Positions 14,387 through 26,999 of a stretch of 64,000 bases of DNA are shown here, piece after piece. The position numbers and the translations under genes are program-made. The DNA is taken from assembly GCF_006345805.1 (NCBI RefSeq), contig NC_043013.1:7750001-7814000 (forward strand). The letters are read 5' to 3'. Source of the stretch: Octopus sinensis (Eukaryota). Every line of letters begins with the position of its first letter. Position 1 is the stretch's first letter. The notes beneath the pieces were generated by a model that was not told the origin of the DNA, made no database searches, and saw nothing but the letters and a program-made list of their open reading frames with translations.

Positions 14387-14600
14387 GTATTTCATTTATA
14401 TCTCGCGTATTTGCCGCTGAAGAGGGGAAAATTTCTTATGAATTAACCCCGAAATTGGACCAATACGGTAATAACGAATTTTTTAGAGATTTCTATCGGT
14501 TTGTTTTGAGACGCATAAATTATAATGGTTATCAACAAAAATTTTTTGTTTAGGCATATTTGGCATTAGAATTTTTCTTCTGCCCTTATCTTGTAAATAT
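14165..14600. mobile_element. Probable Penelope-like element remnant between (TA)n tracts
   Basis: Carries the hammerhead motif and is bounded/interrupted by (TA)n; 14190-14330 is similar to 60090-60220, which also follows a (TA)n tract. Confidence 0.45.
14408..14473 (+). ncRNA. Type I hammerhead ribozyme motif
   Basis: UUGCCG-CUGAAGA-GGGG(19 nt)CCCC-GAAA-UUGG-A-CCAA-UA-CGGUAA: all core nucleotides plus stems I, II and III present; predicted cleavage after AUA at 14465. Confidence 0.78.
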
Positions 14601-14619
14601 ATATATATATATATATATA

Positions 14620-14992
14620 CTAGCAGTATCGCCCGGCGTTGCTCAGGTTTGTAAGGGAAATAACTATAAAGCATTTTTAGAGAGTTATAGCCAAAAAAAA
14701 TGGAAAAAAATGATGGTAAATTTTTTTTTAGTTAAAAAAGGTGGAGTTGCGTCCCCTAGACAGTTTGCGGTTTGTGTCTCTAATTCTCGACCCCATGTCG
14801 AATTTATCGATTTTTTTCAGAACTGGGGGAACTTTTCAAAATTTTCGCTGCGTTAGTTTTGAATTATGACATTGGGCTATGTGTGTGTCAAGTTTCATCA
14901 GAATCGGTTGAAAGCCGTGGTCAGGGTGAGGGTACAAGCAAACAGACACACAGAAACACGCACAGACAAACTGCCGTTTATATAGAGAGAGA
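14620..14992 (-). mobile_element. Non-autonomous Helitron
   Basis: TC...hairpin...CTAG termini on - strand; shares a ~200-bp segment with 24623-25054. Confidence 0.75.
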
Positions 14993-15984
14993 TATATATA
15001 TATATATATACATGCACACACACACAAGAATGCATGTATGTACATATAACAAGTTTCTTTCAGTTTCTATATAGCTAATCTGCTCACAAGACTTTGGTTA
15101 ACCTGAGGCTATAGCAGAAAACACTTATCCAAGATGCCATGCAGTAGGACTGAACCTGAAACGGTGTGGTTGGGAAGCAATCTCCTTTATCACATAACTA
15201 CACCTGCACCTGGTTTGGTTAGTAAGGACTAAATGGAAAACTATATCAAGTTTAGTTTTCAATACTGTCTGAAACAGAACAACTGATTGGTTCATTTGAA
15301 ATATTTTTATGCTCTTTGCTTTCAAATGAATATAATGTAAAATGCTCTATTGTGTCTGGGGAGAGTCATTTTCTTTTTGTGCCTTATTATGTAACACACT
15401 CACCAGTAAAATTTCCACGTTTTTCTTATTTTACCGGTGAGTGTGTTACATACAAGCACCAACAATTTGAACTTTTTGAAAGTCCAATAGATCTGTCACT
15501 TTAATGAATTTTAATTACCTTTTTTTGATGATATTTGAAAAGAAACAGCAATTTTAGCAAAACACATTAAGCAATACTAATAATAAATCAAAAAATGTAA
15601 AAATAAACAAGCTTTTGATGGTTTTATAGATATTTCAAAATTATGATGCTAGGTGTTTCCATTGTTTTGTCCAACCCCTATAAATATTAAATAGAGCCTG
15701 AGTGAGAAGTGAAAGTAGAGGAGATAAATGGCAAAGAGTGCATCGTATGAATGAGAAAGGAAGGGGTGATAGATAAATAACAAAGGAAGGGGTGAAAAAG
15801 CCGATAAACCGTGTTTGAAGTGTGAGTATATGTGTGTGTAAAAGAGAAGTATGTTTGCATGCGTGTGTGTGTATAGTAGAAATGAAATAATGTTCAACGC
15901 TGAAAATGTGTGAGTATATGTATGTGTGTGCGTGTACAAGAGAACTATGTAAAACTTTACATATAAGGTAAAGAAAATATTAAA

Positions 15985-16176
15985 AAATAATCCAGAATCC
16001 TTGTCTGGTAGGTGATCGATCCCAAAATCTAATCAGTTCATGTCAGTCACAAGGCCAAACATTTCTGAAAGTTTTGTTAAAAATCTATTCAGTGGTTCTT
16101 GAGATATCTTGTCCATGGACAGGCAAACAGATGCAACTGAAAACAATACCTCCGCCTTCGCTAAGGTGGAAGTAAC
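15985..16176 (-). mobile_element. Helentron/DINE-like short interspersed element
   Basis: Terminal hairpin ttacttccacctt..aaggcggaggta followed by a ctgt-rich tract on - strand. Confidence 0.45.
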
Positions 16177-16387
16177 AAGTAACTTTATATAATAGAACCT
16201 AAAGCAGTTTGATACCAAGGACACTGTTTGTCTGTTTTGTTTTGTTTTTTAGCCTAGAGCAATTGATGCAATTTGTATCAGTGATTTTGTGTGTTGTTGT
16301 CTTGTAGAAAAATTGCTTGAAATTGATAAATTTTAGAGCTATACTTAATTTAATATTTTTTTTTTTTTTTTCCATTTGATTTTTCAG

Positions 16388-16449
16388 AGACTAAATGGGT
16401 ACATACACCTGAATCCCTCTTGCAGGGCCATATAGCATATAATGTCAAG
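16388..16449 (+). CDS. GULP1: CED-6/GULP1 PTB-domain engulfment adaptor, first visible coding exon (TKWVHTPESLLQGHIAYNVK)
   Basis: Polypyrimidine tract + ttttcag acceptor; aag|gtaagt donor. Peptide matches the GULP1 N-terminus as I recall it ([20 protein letters not shown]). Starts in phase 1, so the ATG exon lies upstream. Confidence 0.9.
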
Positions 16450-16539
16450 GTAAGTTCCTTGTTGTTGTTGTGGTCATTGTCGTCGTGTGTGTGTGTGTAA
16501 GTGTGGCAGATGTATTTATACGTGTGGGTGTGATGTGTG

Positions 16540-16582
<43 letters not shown>

Positions 16583-16984
16583 ATCCTAACAATAATGGAT
16601 ATTAAAATGGTAGATGAAATATCACTTCTATTTTGTCTTCTAACTTTGCCATTGAAGAATTAATTCTTAGAACATTTAAAAAAAAATTTGTCAACATTTC
16701 TATCAGCATTCCCCTCACCAGGACCTGCTTCACATGTTCCCTTGTTGGTTGCGCAGGGCTGCTGACCCTACACCTACTACCCTCCTGTTGTCTCATCCAG
16801 GTTTGGAACCAGCAATTACAGAGTTAGTTATCTCACAGACTTTATAGATAAAATTTGAAAGCATTAAGCTTGTCATATCTTTCTGAAAGAAAAAAAAAAA
16901 TAACATTAAGATTATAACTTTTTTTTATTTTGTCACATCAGTCTCATCTTTAGATACTGAAATATAAATGTAAATATTTTTAAA

Positions 16985-17386
16985 GGATCTTTTCGGTTTG
17001 AACGGCAGTTTTTTCTAGCGGTGTCATATGAAATTGTCACCCATAATTATGACCCTAGTACCGATCTATTGCATTTCAATCTGTTTTAGGGTTAGGGGTG
17101 GGGGAAAGGGTATCTTTTTTTTCTTCAGAAATGTAAATAAACCCAATCTGTTTCTTAAACGAGGGACATATTCATACAGCACAGAATGTTTTCAGCTCAA
17201 TAGACATCAGTGATTGGTTGAAATTGCAGAAATTAAGCAATGAATATCTTACAAACTTTAGAATTTTCTCAGTAAATCCAAGAGAAAAAGATGTTTTATA
17301 AACACATTCTACCAGTATACGAAGTTAAAAATTTTTTAGTTACCTAGAAATTATGTTAAAAACTGCCGTTCAAACCGAAAAGATCC
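16985..17386. mobile_element. Non-autonomous DNA transposon (Merlin/Mutator-like MITE)
   Basis: Perfect ~28-bp TIRs GGATCTTTTCGGTTTGAACGGCAGTTTT; 8-bp TSD TTTTTAAA (16977-84, 17387-94). Confidence 0.85.
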
Positions 17387-19285
17387 TTTTTAAAATCTGT
17401 CTGTAACCCAGTGAATAAGTTATTATCTTTTAGTTGGGAAATAAAAGTTCCTGCTTTGAATCCAATCTAATAGTATGTGGTTGTTTGTCCTTCATTTTCA
17501 AAAATGATCAACACTCTACCACTTACACACTGCAACAACAGAATGTGCAGCTACACAAGTAACTACTTGAGGTGCTGTGCAATGGGACTAAACCCCAAAC
17601 CACATGATTGCAAAGTGAGCTTCTTAACCACACAGCCATGTTTTGAAGAAGCACTGGTATTGGATTGCAGTGAGAGAGAGAGAGCTGTGCCAAATGAATG
17701 GCTCCACAACATCCACTCCCCCTTATCATCTTGAATCAGACAAGCTGAGATGATGGAATGAATAGCAGGGATTCAGTGGAACAGCCAAGGGGATAAAGTT
17801 GTCTCAGTGTGAGAGAGTATCAGATGTTGTGTTGTAAGAAACTATTTCTATCCAAATTCTTTGTCCAAGCAATGATTAATAGTGACTATGACAACGAGAT
17901 AATTAGCATTCTCAGCCATTCATGTTGTAGAAATGCTTATATACATACATTACAATATTGACTTCCATTTAAGAAATTGATCAAGACATAGATGTGGTTG
18001 TGTGATTAAGAAGGTGGTTTCTCAATCACTTGGTCTCAGGTTCAGTCTTCCACGTGGAATCTTGGGCTAGTGTCTTCTACTTAAGCCCCAAACTGACCAA
18101 AGCCTTGTGAGTGGATTTCAGCTTTCACCATGTTGTACACTCTCTGAAGTGTTTGGCATTAGGAAGGGCATCTAGCTATAGAGCATGGTGCATGATGCAG
18201 TCCTCCAGCTCATCAAACTAGCCAGCCTGTACTTACTTAGGAGCCAGATATATTATTATGATGGTTATGATGATGTTGAAGAGAATCAAAACTAAACACA
18301 GATATTTAACCTGCTTGTACTACCTTTTCTGACAGCTTATGGACATCCAAAACTTTGTTTTCATAATCATCTCAAGCAGTCTCTCATTTTATGGGTGTCC
18401 CTCCCAATTATTTGGAGGCCCCTGGCCATTAATTAGAAGGCATGGAGGTCTGTGTGTGATGCTGGAGTAGAGCGCTTTGAAACCAAACGCTGGAGACTGC
18501 ATGAAGAGAGGAGGTGACATTGTCATCAACCCCCTGCAGCTGTTGTTTGGGGTCACTTTCAGTGCCCTTAGTACCACAGGATCTGCCAGTCTTGTCAGCC
18601 ATGTCCACTCCCATGAGGAATAATGTGCTGGAGGCAGAAGAGGATGAATGTCTTGGATTAATACTGTTACCACCTTTGATGGGACGTCATAAACAGCATA
18701 ACTCTTAATGTTGTCTAAAGCAGGTATAACACTTGAGCTTTATAACGAGAAGGAAATGAGATGATTCGTTTGTCTGTTAACAATGTAACTGAAGTGTTTC
18801 TAATTAAGAAATGAAGCCAGGACAGGGAGTTGATTTATTGCTATTAGCAAGGTACTCAACTATTCTTAATTATGTAGGTACTTAATAAGATTTGCCAAAA
18901 CTTATTAATACAATGTTTGTTTAATGTTTTATTGATTTCAGTTGACTGAGGTCATGCTGGAGCAGTGCTTTCTAGCGCATAGTTTATTAGGCGTAGATGT
19001 GAGTGCTTATTTTATAGGTCTCATAGAGATGAAAGGAAATATGGGCCTCAGTGAGATTTGAACTCAGAGAGAAGGTATGGCTGTATGATTAAGAAGTTTG
19101 CTTCCCAACCATATGGTTTGGATTTCAGTCCTACATAGCACCTTGTCAAATGTCTTTCATAGTTTCAGGCCAGCCAAAGTTTTGTTAGTGCGTTTGGAAG
19201 AAGGAAACTGAAAGAAGCCCATTATGTTTGAGCGCTTGTGTCTTTTTGTCTTGATATCACATAATTGTTATAAATGAATGCCATT

Positions 19286-20612
19286 CTTATTTCTTTATTG
19301 CCCACAAGGGGCTAAACACAGAGGGGACAAACAAGAACAGACAAAGGGATTAAGTTGATTACATCAACCCCAGTGCATAACTGGTACTTAATTTATCAAC
19401 CCCGAAAGGATGAAGGGTAAAGTCGACCTCGGCAGAATTTGAACTCAGAATGTAACAGCAAACGAAATACCTATTTCTTTACTACCCACAGGGGCTAAAC
19501 ACAGAGGGGACAAACAAGGACAGACAAAGGGATTAAGTTGATTACATCACCCCCAGTGCATAACTGGTACTTAATTTATCACCCCGAAAGGATGAAGGGT
19601 AAAGTCGACCTCGGCAGAATTTGAACTCAGATGTAACAGCAAACGAATACCTATTTCTTTACTACCCACAAGGGGCTAAACACAGAGGGGACAAACAAGG
19701 ACAGACAAAGGGATTAAGTTGATTACATCAACCCCAGTGCATAACTGGTACTTAATTTATCAACCCTGAAAGGATGAAGGGTAAAGTCGACCTCGGCAGA
19801 ATTTGAACTCAGAATGTAACAGCAAACGAAATACCTATTTCTTTACTACCCACAAGGGGCTAAACACAGAGGGGACAAACAAGGACAGACAAAGGGATTA
19901 AGTTGATTACATCAACCCCAGTGCATAACTGGTACTTAATTTATCAACCCCGAAAGGATGAAGGGTAAAGTCGACCTCGGCAGAATTTGAACTCAGAATG
20001 TAACAGCAAACGAAATACCTATTTCTTTACTACCCACAAGGGGCTAAACACAGAGGGGACAAACAAGGACAGACAAAGGGATTAAGTTGATTACATCAAC
20101 CCCAGTGCATAACTGGTACTTAATTTATCAACCCCGAAAGGATGAAGGGTAAAGTCGACCTCGGCAGAATTTGAACTCAGAATGTAACAGCAAACGAAAT
20201 ACCTTTCTTTACTACCCACAAGGGGCTAAACACAGAGGGGACAAACAAGGACAGACAAAGGGATTAAGTCGATTATATCGACCCCAGTGCATAACTGGTA
20301 CTTAATTTATCAACCCCGAAAGGATGAAGGGTAAAGTCGACCTCGGCAGAATTTGAACTCAGAATGTAACAGCAAACGAAATACCTATTTCTTTACTACC
20401 CACAAGGGGCTAAACACAGAGGGGACAAACAAGGACAGACAAAGGGATTAAGTCGATTATATCGACCCCAGTGCGTAACTGGTACTTATTTAATCAACCC
20501 TGAAAGGATAAGTCGACCTTGGAGGAATTTGAACTCAGAACGTAACAGCAGACGAAATACCGCTAAGCATTTCACCCGGTGTGCTAACGTTTCTGCCAGC
20601 TCACCGCCTTTA
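19286..20612 (-). repeat. Tandem array of 7 SINE-body units (~184 bp) behind a single tRNA-like SINE head
   Basis: Unit junctions at about 19471, 19651, 19835, 20019, 20203, 20385; head (aaggcggtgagctggcagaaacgttagc on - strand) occurs once, at about 20560-20612. Confidence 0.92.
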
Positions 20613-21053
20613 ATGAATGCCATTCTGCAGAACCCTGTCTGGCCATGAAGAAATACCACTTTGCCTGAACACAGATAAGGCTTAGCAACAGGAAGGGCAT
20701 TTGGCTGTAGAAAATCTGCCTCGGTAAACTCCATCCAACCCATGCAAGCATGGAAAAGTGGACGTGTAAATGTGATCCAAATAAGGGCATAATTAAATAG
20801 CATATGATATTTTGTCTACCACTCTCCTTGTTCTTTTATTCTTTTACTTGTTTCAGTCATTTGACTGTGGCCATGCTGGAGCACCGCCTTTAGTCGAGCA
20901 AATCGACCCCAGGACTTATTCTTTGTAAGCCCAGTACTTATTCTTTCGGTCTCTTTTGCCGAACTGCTAAGTGACGGGGACGTAAACAAACCAGCATCAG
21001 TTGTCAAGCAATGCTAGGGGGACAAACACAGACATACACACACAAACACATAC

Positions 21054-21630
21054 ATCATCATCATCATCATCATCATTTAACGTCCGCTTTCCATGCTAGC
21101 ATGGGTTGGACAGTTCAACTGGGGTCTGGGGAGCCCGAAAGCTGCACCAGTCCAGTCAGATCTGGCAGTGTTTCTACAGCTGGATGCCCTTCCTAACGCC
21201 AACCACTCCGAGAGTGTAGTGGGTGATTTTATGTGCCACCGACACAGGTGCCAGACGAGGCTGGCAAACGGCCACGCTCGGATGGTGTTTTTTATGTGCC
21301 ACCGACACAGGTGCCAGACGAGGAGGGGCAGACGGCCACGCTCGGATGGTGTTTTTTATGTGCCACCGACACAGGTGCCAGACGAGGCTGGCAGACGGCC
21401 ACACTCGGATGGTGTTTTTTATGTGCCACCGACACAGGTGCCAGACGAGGCTGGCAGACGGCCACGCTCGGATGGTGTTTTTATGTGCCACCGACACAGG
21501 TGCCAGATGAGGCTGGCAAACGGCCACGATCCGATGGTGCTTGTTACGTGCCCACAGCACGGAGGCCAGTCGATGCGGTACTGGCTACGGCCACGTTCGG
21601 ATGGTTTTCTTATGTGCCACGTGCCACCGG
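21054..21630 (-). mobile_element. (GAT)n-tailed SINE (family 'B', my label) with internal ~63-bp tandem repeats, nested in a family A SINE (20832-21813)
   Basis: Repeat starts at 21231, 21294, 21358, 21421, 21483; core ggcgttaggaagggcatccagc. Other copies at about 1100-1273, 8595-9050, 26150-26487, 41074-41270, 43780-44078, 47373-47650, 59005-59350, 60965-61293. Confidence 0.85.
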
Positions 21631-23059
21631 CATATATATATATACATATATACGACAGGCTATTTTCAGTTTCCGTCTACCAAATCCACTCACAAGGCAT
21701 TGGTCGGCCCGGGGCTATAGCAGAAGACACTTGCCCAAGATGCCACGCAGTGGGACTGAACCCGGAACCATGTGGTTGGTTAGCAAGCTACTTACCACAC
21801 AGCCACTCCTGCGCCTGTTATTATTTTTTTTTTTTTTTAATTAATATTCTTATTTAAGATTGTAAATAAAAAGTATAGACCAGAACAATTCTATTTCACA
21901 AAATTATGGAATTACAAACAATAGGTTTTGAGTAATGTGCTCCAAACAACAGATTGTATAACATAGCGTTTGATTTCTTTTGTTTCTTGTTAAGTGTGTA
22001 ATATCTATGAGCAATGATGATTAAATAATATTTATTACTGAGGTTATTGTCATCGTCATTGTTAATGCTTTCACTACAAAATTAAATTTCATGGTTATTT
22101 CAGTAATGGTGTTAAATATCTATTAAAAAGTAAGATTGGTATTTTCAGCACATCACGTTGCTTCAATAATCTTGACATATCTCAAGAGAAAATGGCTTCA
22201 AACATGACATTCCTCAACAAAAGATAAATTGGTATTTAAAACTGCTTTCTGCTGTAAAAGAGTTTAGAATGGTGGAGTGACAGCAATTATAGTCATGGAT
22301 AACTGCACGGCAAACAGCATTTAGCTATTGTCTTCCATGTTCTTCATTCAAATCTTGCTGATGTTGACTGGACCATACTATATATGCATGGTCTTGTGCC
22401 TCTGTAAGAAATTGCCATTATCACCATTATCGTCGCTTTTGATTAAGGTTCAAGAAAATATATGAAGAATCACTCCTTAACATTTTATTTTCACTGGATG
22501 CCCTTTTCTCCTGATTACCCTGTCATATCTATCACCAACACTACTTTTTTTTCTCTGTCATTCACTATATCCACCCCCCGGACACCACAAAAAGCACATA
22601 TTGCCTACAGCAATATGATTTAGAATTGAAATTATAGTTGTGCCGGAATCATAGTTGTGGATGGTGCCAGTAACATGTAGAGGCACCCATGCCGGTGACT
22701 CATGGAGGCACCTGTGCCAGTCACACATGAAAGACACCCAATGTCAACCACTCAAGAGTGGTTGACATTAGGAAGGGCATCCAGCCATAGAAACTAAGCC
22801 AAGATCAGTTTGGAACCTGGTGCAGCTCTCCAGCTTGCCAGTTCCAGTCAAACTGTCCAACCCATGCCAGCATGGAAAGCGTATGTTAAGTGATGATGAT
22901 GATGATGATAATACAATAATGACTCCTACAAGACTGGTCCTTCACTTAGTGTTTATCTGAGAGTCAGGCAAGTTGTACTTGGATTAGCCTCAAGGTCACT
23001 GTCTCTCTCTGACAAATTCCTGTTAAGAAAGGGAACAGGACTAATCTTTTAAGAATTAC

Positions 23060-23091
<32 letters not shown>

Positions 23092-23860
23092 GAAGTCCAG
23101 AATCTCTCTTTTTTTGCCATCTAGCTTAATTTAATCACCAATGTCTATCTGGGTATTATTTTCTCTAAATATTTATTTCCTGTCAGATTGTTTTATCTTA
23201 TCTAAACTCCATCACACCTAAGTGCAATCCACTGTCTGTCTGTTTTAGGACTTCCTTATCTGGTAATTGCATCCAGTCATCCTCCCACCACCACCCCACC
23301 CATCCCCATCAGCACCTTTCTTTTCCATTATCAAATACTCCACAATTTTTAATCCTAAATTTCATCATAATGATTTTTCTTTTCTTCCCCCCCCCCCACT
23401 TAAACGAAATGCTGTTTTTACCGAAGAGCCTAATTGATCACTTTTCTTTGCAAACAGCTTCAAGTCATAAATCATCATCATCATCATCATAATAATAATA
23501 ACCATCATAATCATTATCGTTGTTGTTGTTGTTGTTGGATGGTACCAGACGTCTTGGTAACTATTCCAGTTTTTGTTTTCTTCGTCTTATTTTTACTTTA
23601 TACGTTGCTACTTGAATTTGGCAAGCATTTCAAATCAATAAAATTCATTATCGTCTTTAGCTTATGTGAAATTCTTTACTTTCCCCAATAAACGGCCAAC
23701 TTGTGTTCTTGAATCGGTTCGTGTGCCATCAGGTTCATTGTAGACTTGTGGTGGTCCCTTGGATTTCTTCCCTCTTTTTAGATTTTAATGAAGGAACACC
23801 TCATTTGGAAGGGCAGTTATTTAAAATTGAAGTTCTATTTTTTTTAATTTATTTCAGTTC

Positions 23861-23978
23861 ATTATCATCATCATCATCCTCATCCTCATCATCATCATCA
23901 TCATCCTCATCATCATCATCATCATCCTCATCATCATCATCCTCATCCTCATCATCATCATCCTCATCATCGTCATCG

Positions 23979-24013
<35 letters not shown>

Positions 24014-24018
24014 GTCGT
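23861..24018. repeat. Long (TCA/TCC)n microsatellite, the expanded tail of a family B SINE
   Basis: About 50 triplets directly adjoining a SINE 3' end (ttttccatgcttgcatg). Confidence 0.9.
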
Positions 24019-24428
24019 CCTTTTAGTGTTCACTTTTCCATGCTTGCATGACTTCAAATGGAATTCATTCAGGCAGAATTTCTACGACTAGATGCCCTTC
24101 CTGTCACCAACCTTTATTTATTTCCAAGCAAGGTAATATTTTCCCATGACCAGATGTGTTTCTCTATGGACAATGTAAAGGCATGGAAGTACTACCCCAC
24201 TACCACCACATATACATACATACATACACACATACATACTTACATACACACACACACACACATACATACTGTAGAGTAGTATAGATTGCATGAAGCATTA
24301 TCTGATGTAGATGTTTTCTTTATTTTCTTTAAAGCCAAAACAATGCAAATTATAAGAAGTAATACAAATTAATAATTTGTATTTTTATCTTGTATTTCAA
24401 TATTTTGTGGTCAGGACTTAGTTCTGTA

Positions 24429-24475
<47 letters not shown>

Positions 24476-24622
24476 CACACACTCAGAGAACAGAAGAGAG
24501 AAGTTACCTCACAACACCACACCGTATCTTGAAAGGTTTCCTAAAGAAGAGGTCCTAATCTCAAAATATTTCAATATTACAACATAATAAAGGTACAAAC
24601 CATCGACTTGTATTATTTCATA

Positions 24623-25054
24623 CTAGCAGCATAGCTCGGCGTTGCCCGGGTATGTAAGAGCCCCTAGTAGGCAACGACTAATCCCAATCTAGTCCTTTCC
24701 CTCTAGGGAACGAAGGCGCATGTGTAGGTTGCAATGTCTTCTCTTCACTCGAATACTTCTGTGTATACAATGTTCCTAGCTGTCCCTTTGGGCGATAAAA
24801 AGGTCGAGTTGTGTCCCCTAGACAGAAAATGTGTTGCATATAAAAAGCTTAGATTCTCGACCCCATGTCGAATTTATCGATTTATTTTAGAACTGGGGGA
24901 ACTTTTCAAAATTTTCGCTGTGTTAGTTTTGAATTATGACATTGGGCTATGTGTGTGTCAAATTTCATCAGAATCGGTTGAAAGCCGTGGTCAGGGTGAG
25001 GGTACAACCTGACAGACACACAGACAGACAAACTGCCGTTTATATATAGAGAGA
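24623..25054 (-). mobile_element. Non-autonomous Helitron
   Basis: Same termini as 14620-14992 with a different internal segment. Confidence 0.75.
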
Positions 25055-25679
25055 TAATTGCTTTGACTTGGCCTCATCATCATTTAAAAGCTGTTTTCCA
25101 AGCTGGCATAGATAGAACAGTTTGACTGAAACAAGCAAATCAGAAGACTACATCATGTCCTGCTGTCTGTTTTGGCATGGTTTCTATGGCTAGATGCCTT
25201 TCCTAATGCCATCCACTTTACAGAGTGTACTGGGTGCTTTTTATGTGGCACCAGCAGTTGTGAGATCACCAAGTAACTTGCAAAACAAGACCCCTCAACT
25301 GGGAGTAGTACTGGGGGACAGAAAAGGTGTTTTGCATTAGAAGAGAGACATGGCTTTCTCAGATGGAGAGGAGAAAGAGAAAGACGGGGAAGATGTGACA
25401 AAGAGGAGGCAGGGGCCTAAGTTACAGGGTGGTGTTTATAGTGAAGTGGACTGGGGTTTATATATATATATATACTTTTATTTGTTTCAGTCATTTGACT
25501 GTGGCCATGCTGGAGCACTGCTTTTAGTCGAACTGATCGACCCCAGAACTTATCCTTTGTAAGCCTAGTGCTTATTCTATCGGTTTATTTTGCCAAACCG
25601 CTAAGTTACAGGGACGTGAACACACCAGCATCGGTTGTCAAGTGATGGTGTTGGTACAAACGCAGACATACAAACATGT

Positions 25680-25732
<53 letters not shown>

Positions 25733-26948
25733 GACGATGGGCTTCTTTCAGTTTCCATCTACCAAATCCACTCACAAGGCTTTGGGCGGCCTGAGGCTAT
25801 AGTAGAAGACACTTGCCCAAGGTGCCACGCAGTGGGAATGAACCCGGAACCATGTGGCTGGTAAGCAAGCTATTTACCACACAGCCACACGTGCGCCTAT
25901 GGCTACAAATTCTAATGTATGACCTGCTATATTTTCTTGAAGTGCATCGACTGTAACAAGAGATAGCAGTGAAATCATTTTGAATGGAAGTGTTTGTTAG
26001 TGGCTGACATTCCACTGCAAAGCACACTAAAAATCTTGTCATCATCAACAAACTATGGATATGTGTTTACAGCAGTGTCAGTGTTATTATCAAATGAATG
26101 GAGTAGTTGGTCACAAAATGTAGTTTATTTACCTTTTAGCATTTAAACCAGCACGTAAAAAGCACCATCCGATCGTGGCCATTGCCAGCCTCGCCTGGCC
26201 CCCGTACCTGTGGCACGTAAAAAGTACCATCCGTCCATGGCACGTAAAAAGCACCATCCGTCCGTGGATATTTGCCAGCTCCGTCTGGCACCTGTGCGGG
26301 TGGCACGTAAAATGCACCCACTACACTCACGGAGTGGTTGGCGTTAGGAAGGGCATCCAGCCGTAGAAACACTGCCAGATCAGACTGGGCCTGATGCAGC
26401 CTTCTGGCTTCACAGACCCCAGTTGAACCGTCCAACCCATGCTAGCATGGAAAGCGGACGCTAAATGATGATGATGATGATGATGATAACTGGCCCAAGT
26501 ATTCTGCCTGTTTTATGTCCAAACTGGTCAAATCCAGGCTCTCGCACCTATCTTACAATATCATTCTAAAAATAAACCATCCTATCAGTGAAATTACAAA
26601 AGCTCCAAGATAAAGCATGACTAATTGAAAACAATGTGAATAAATCAGCATTACATTTGACAGGGAAATCTGAGTGCTTGAAGGGTTAAATTTCAGCTTA
26701 GTATAAATGCTTCTATTCTACATCTGATCATTTCCGTTTTCTGGTCAGCTCTTTTACTCTTTTACTTGTTTCAGTCATTTGACGGCGGCCATGCTGGAGC
26801 ACCGCCTTTAATCGAGCAACTCGACCCGGGACTTATTCTTTGTAAGCCCAGTACTTATTCTATCGGTCTCTTTTGCCGAACCGCTAAGTGACGGGGACAT
26901 AAACACACCAGCATCGGTTGTCAAGCAATACTAGGGGGACAAACACAG

Positions 26949-26999
<51 letters not shown>

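Noticed and set aside
1-16387. Start-codon exon of the gene
   Set aside because: No candidate distinguishable by eye; it may be very short or upstream of the window
18390-18700. Coding exon in a GC-richer patch (also 50950-51360)
   Set aside because: No recognisable protein; more likely decayed retroelement UTR, not classifiable by eye
19286-20612. Array as a hammerhead retrozyme
   Set aside because: No CUGANGA...GAAA core found on either strand of the unit; it derives from a tRNA-headed SINE
21231-21545. CRISPR-like periodic repeats
   Set aside because: No unique spacers; whole units repeat; eukaryotic SINE context
21093-21857. 254-aa and 203-aa ORFs with repeated motifs
   Set aside because: Arise from the 63-bp tandem module and SINE sequence; no protein-family signal or splice support
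23703-24057. Poly-Ser / poly-Met ORFs
   Set aside because: (TCA)n microsatellite SINE tail
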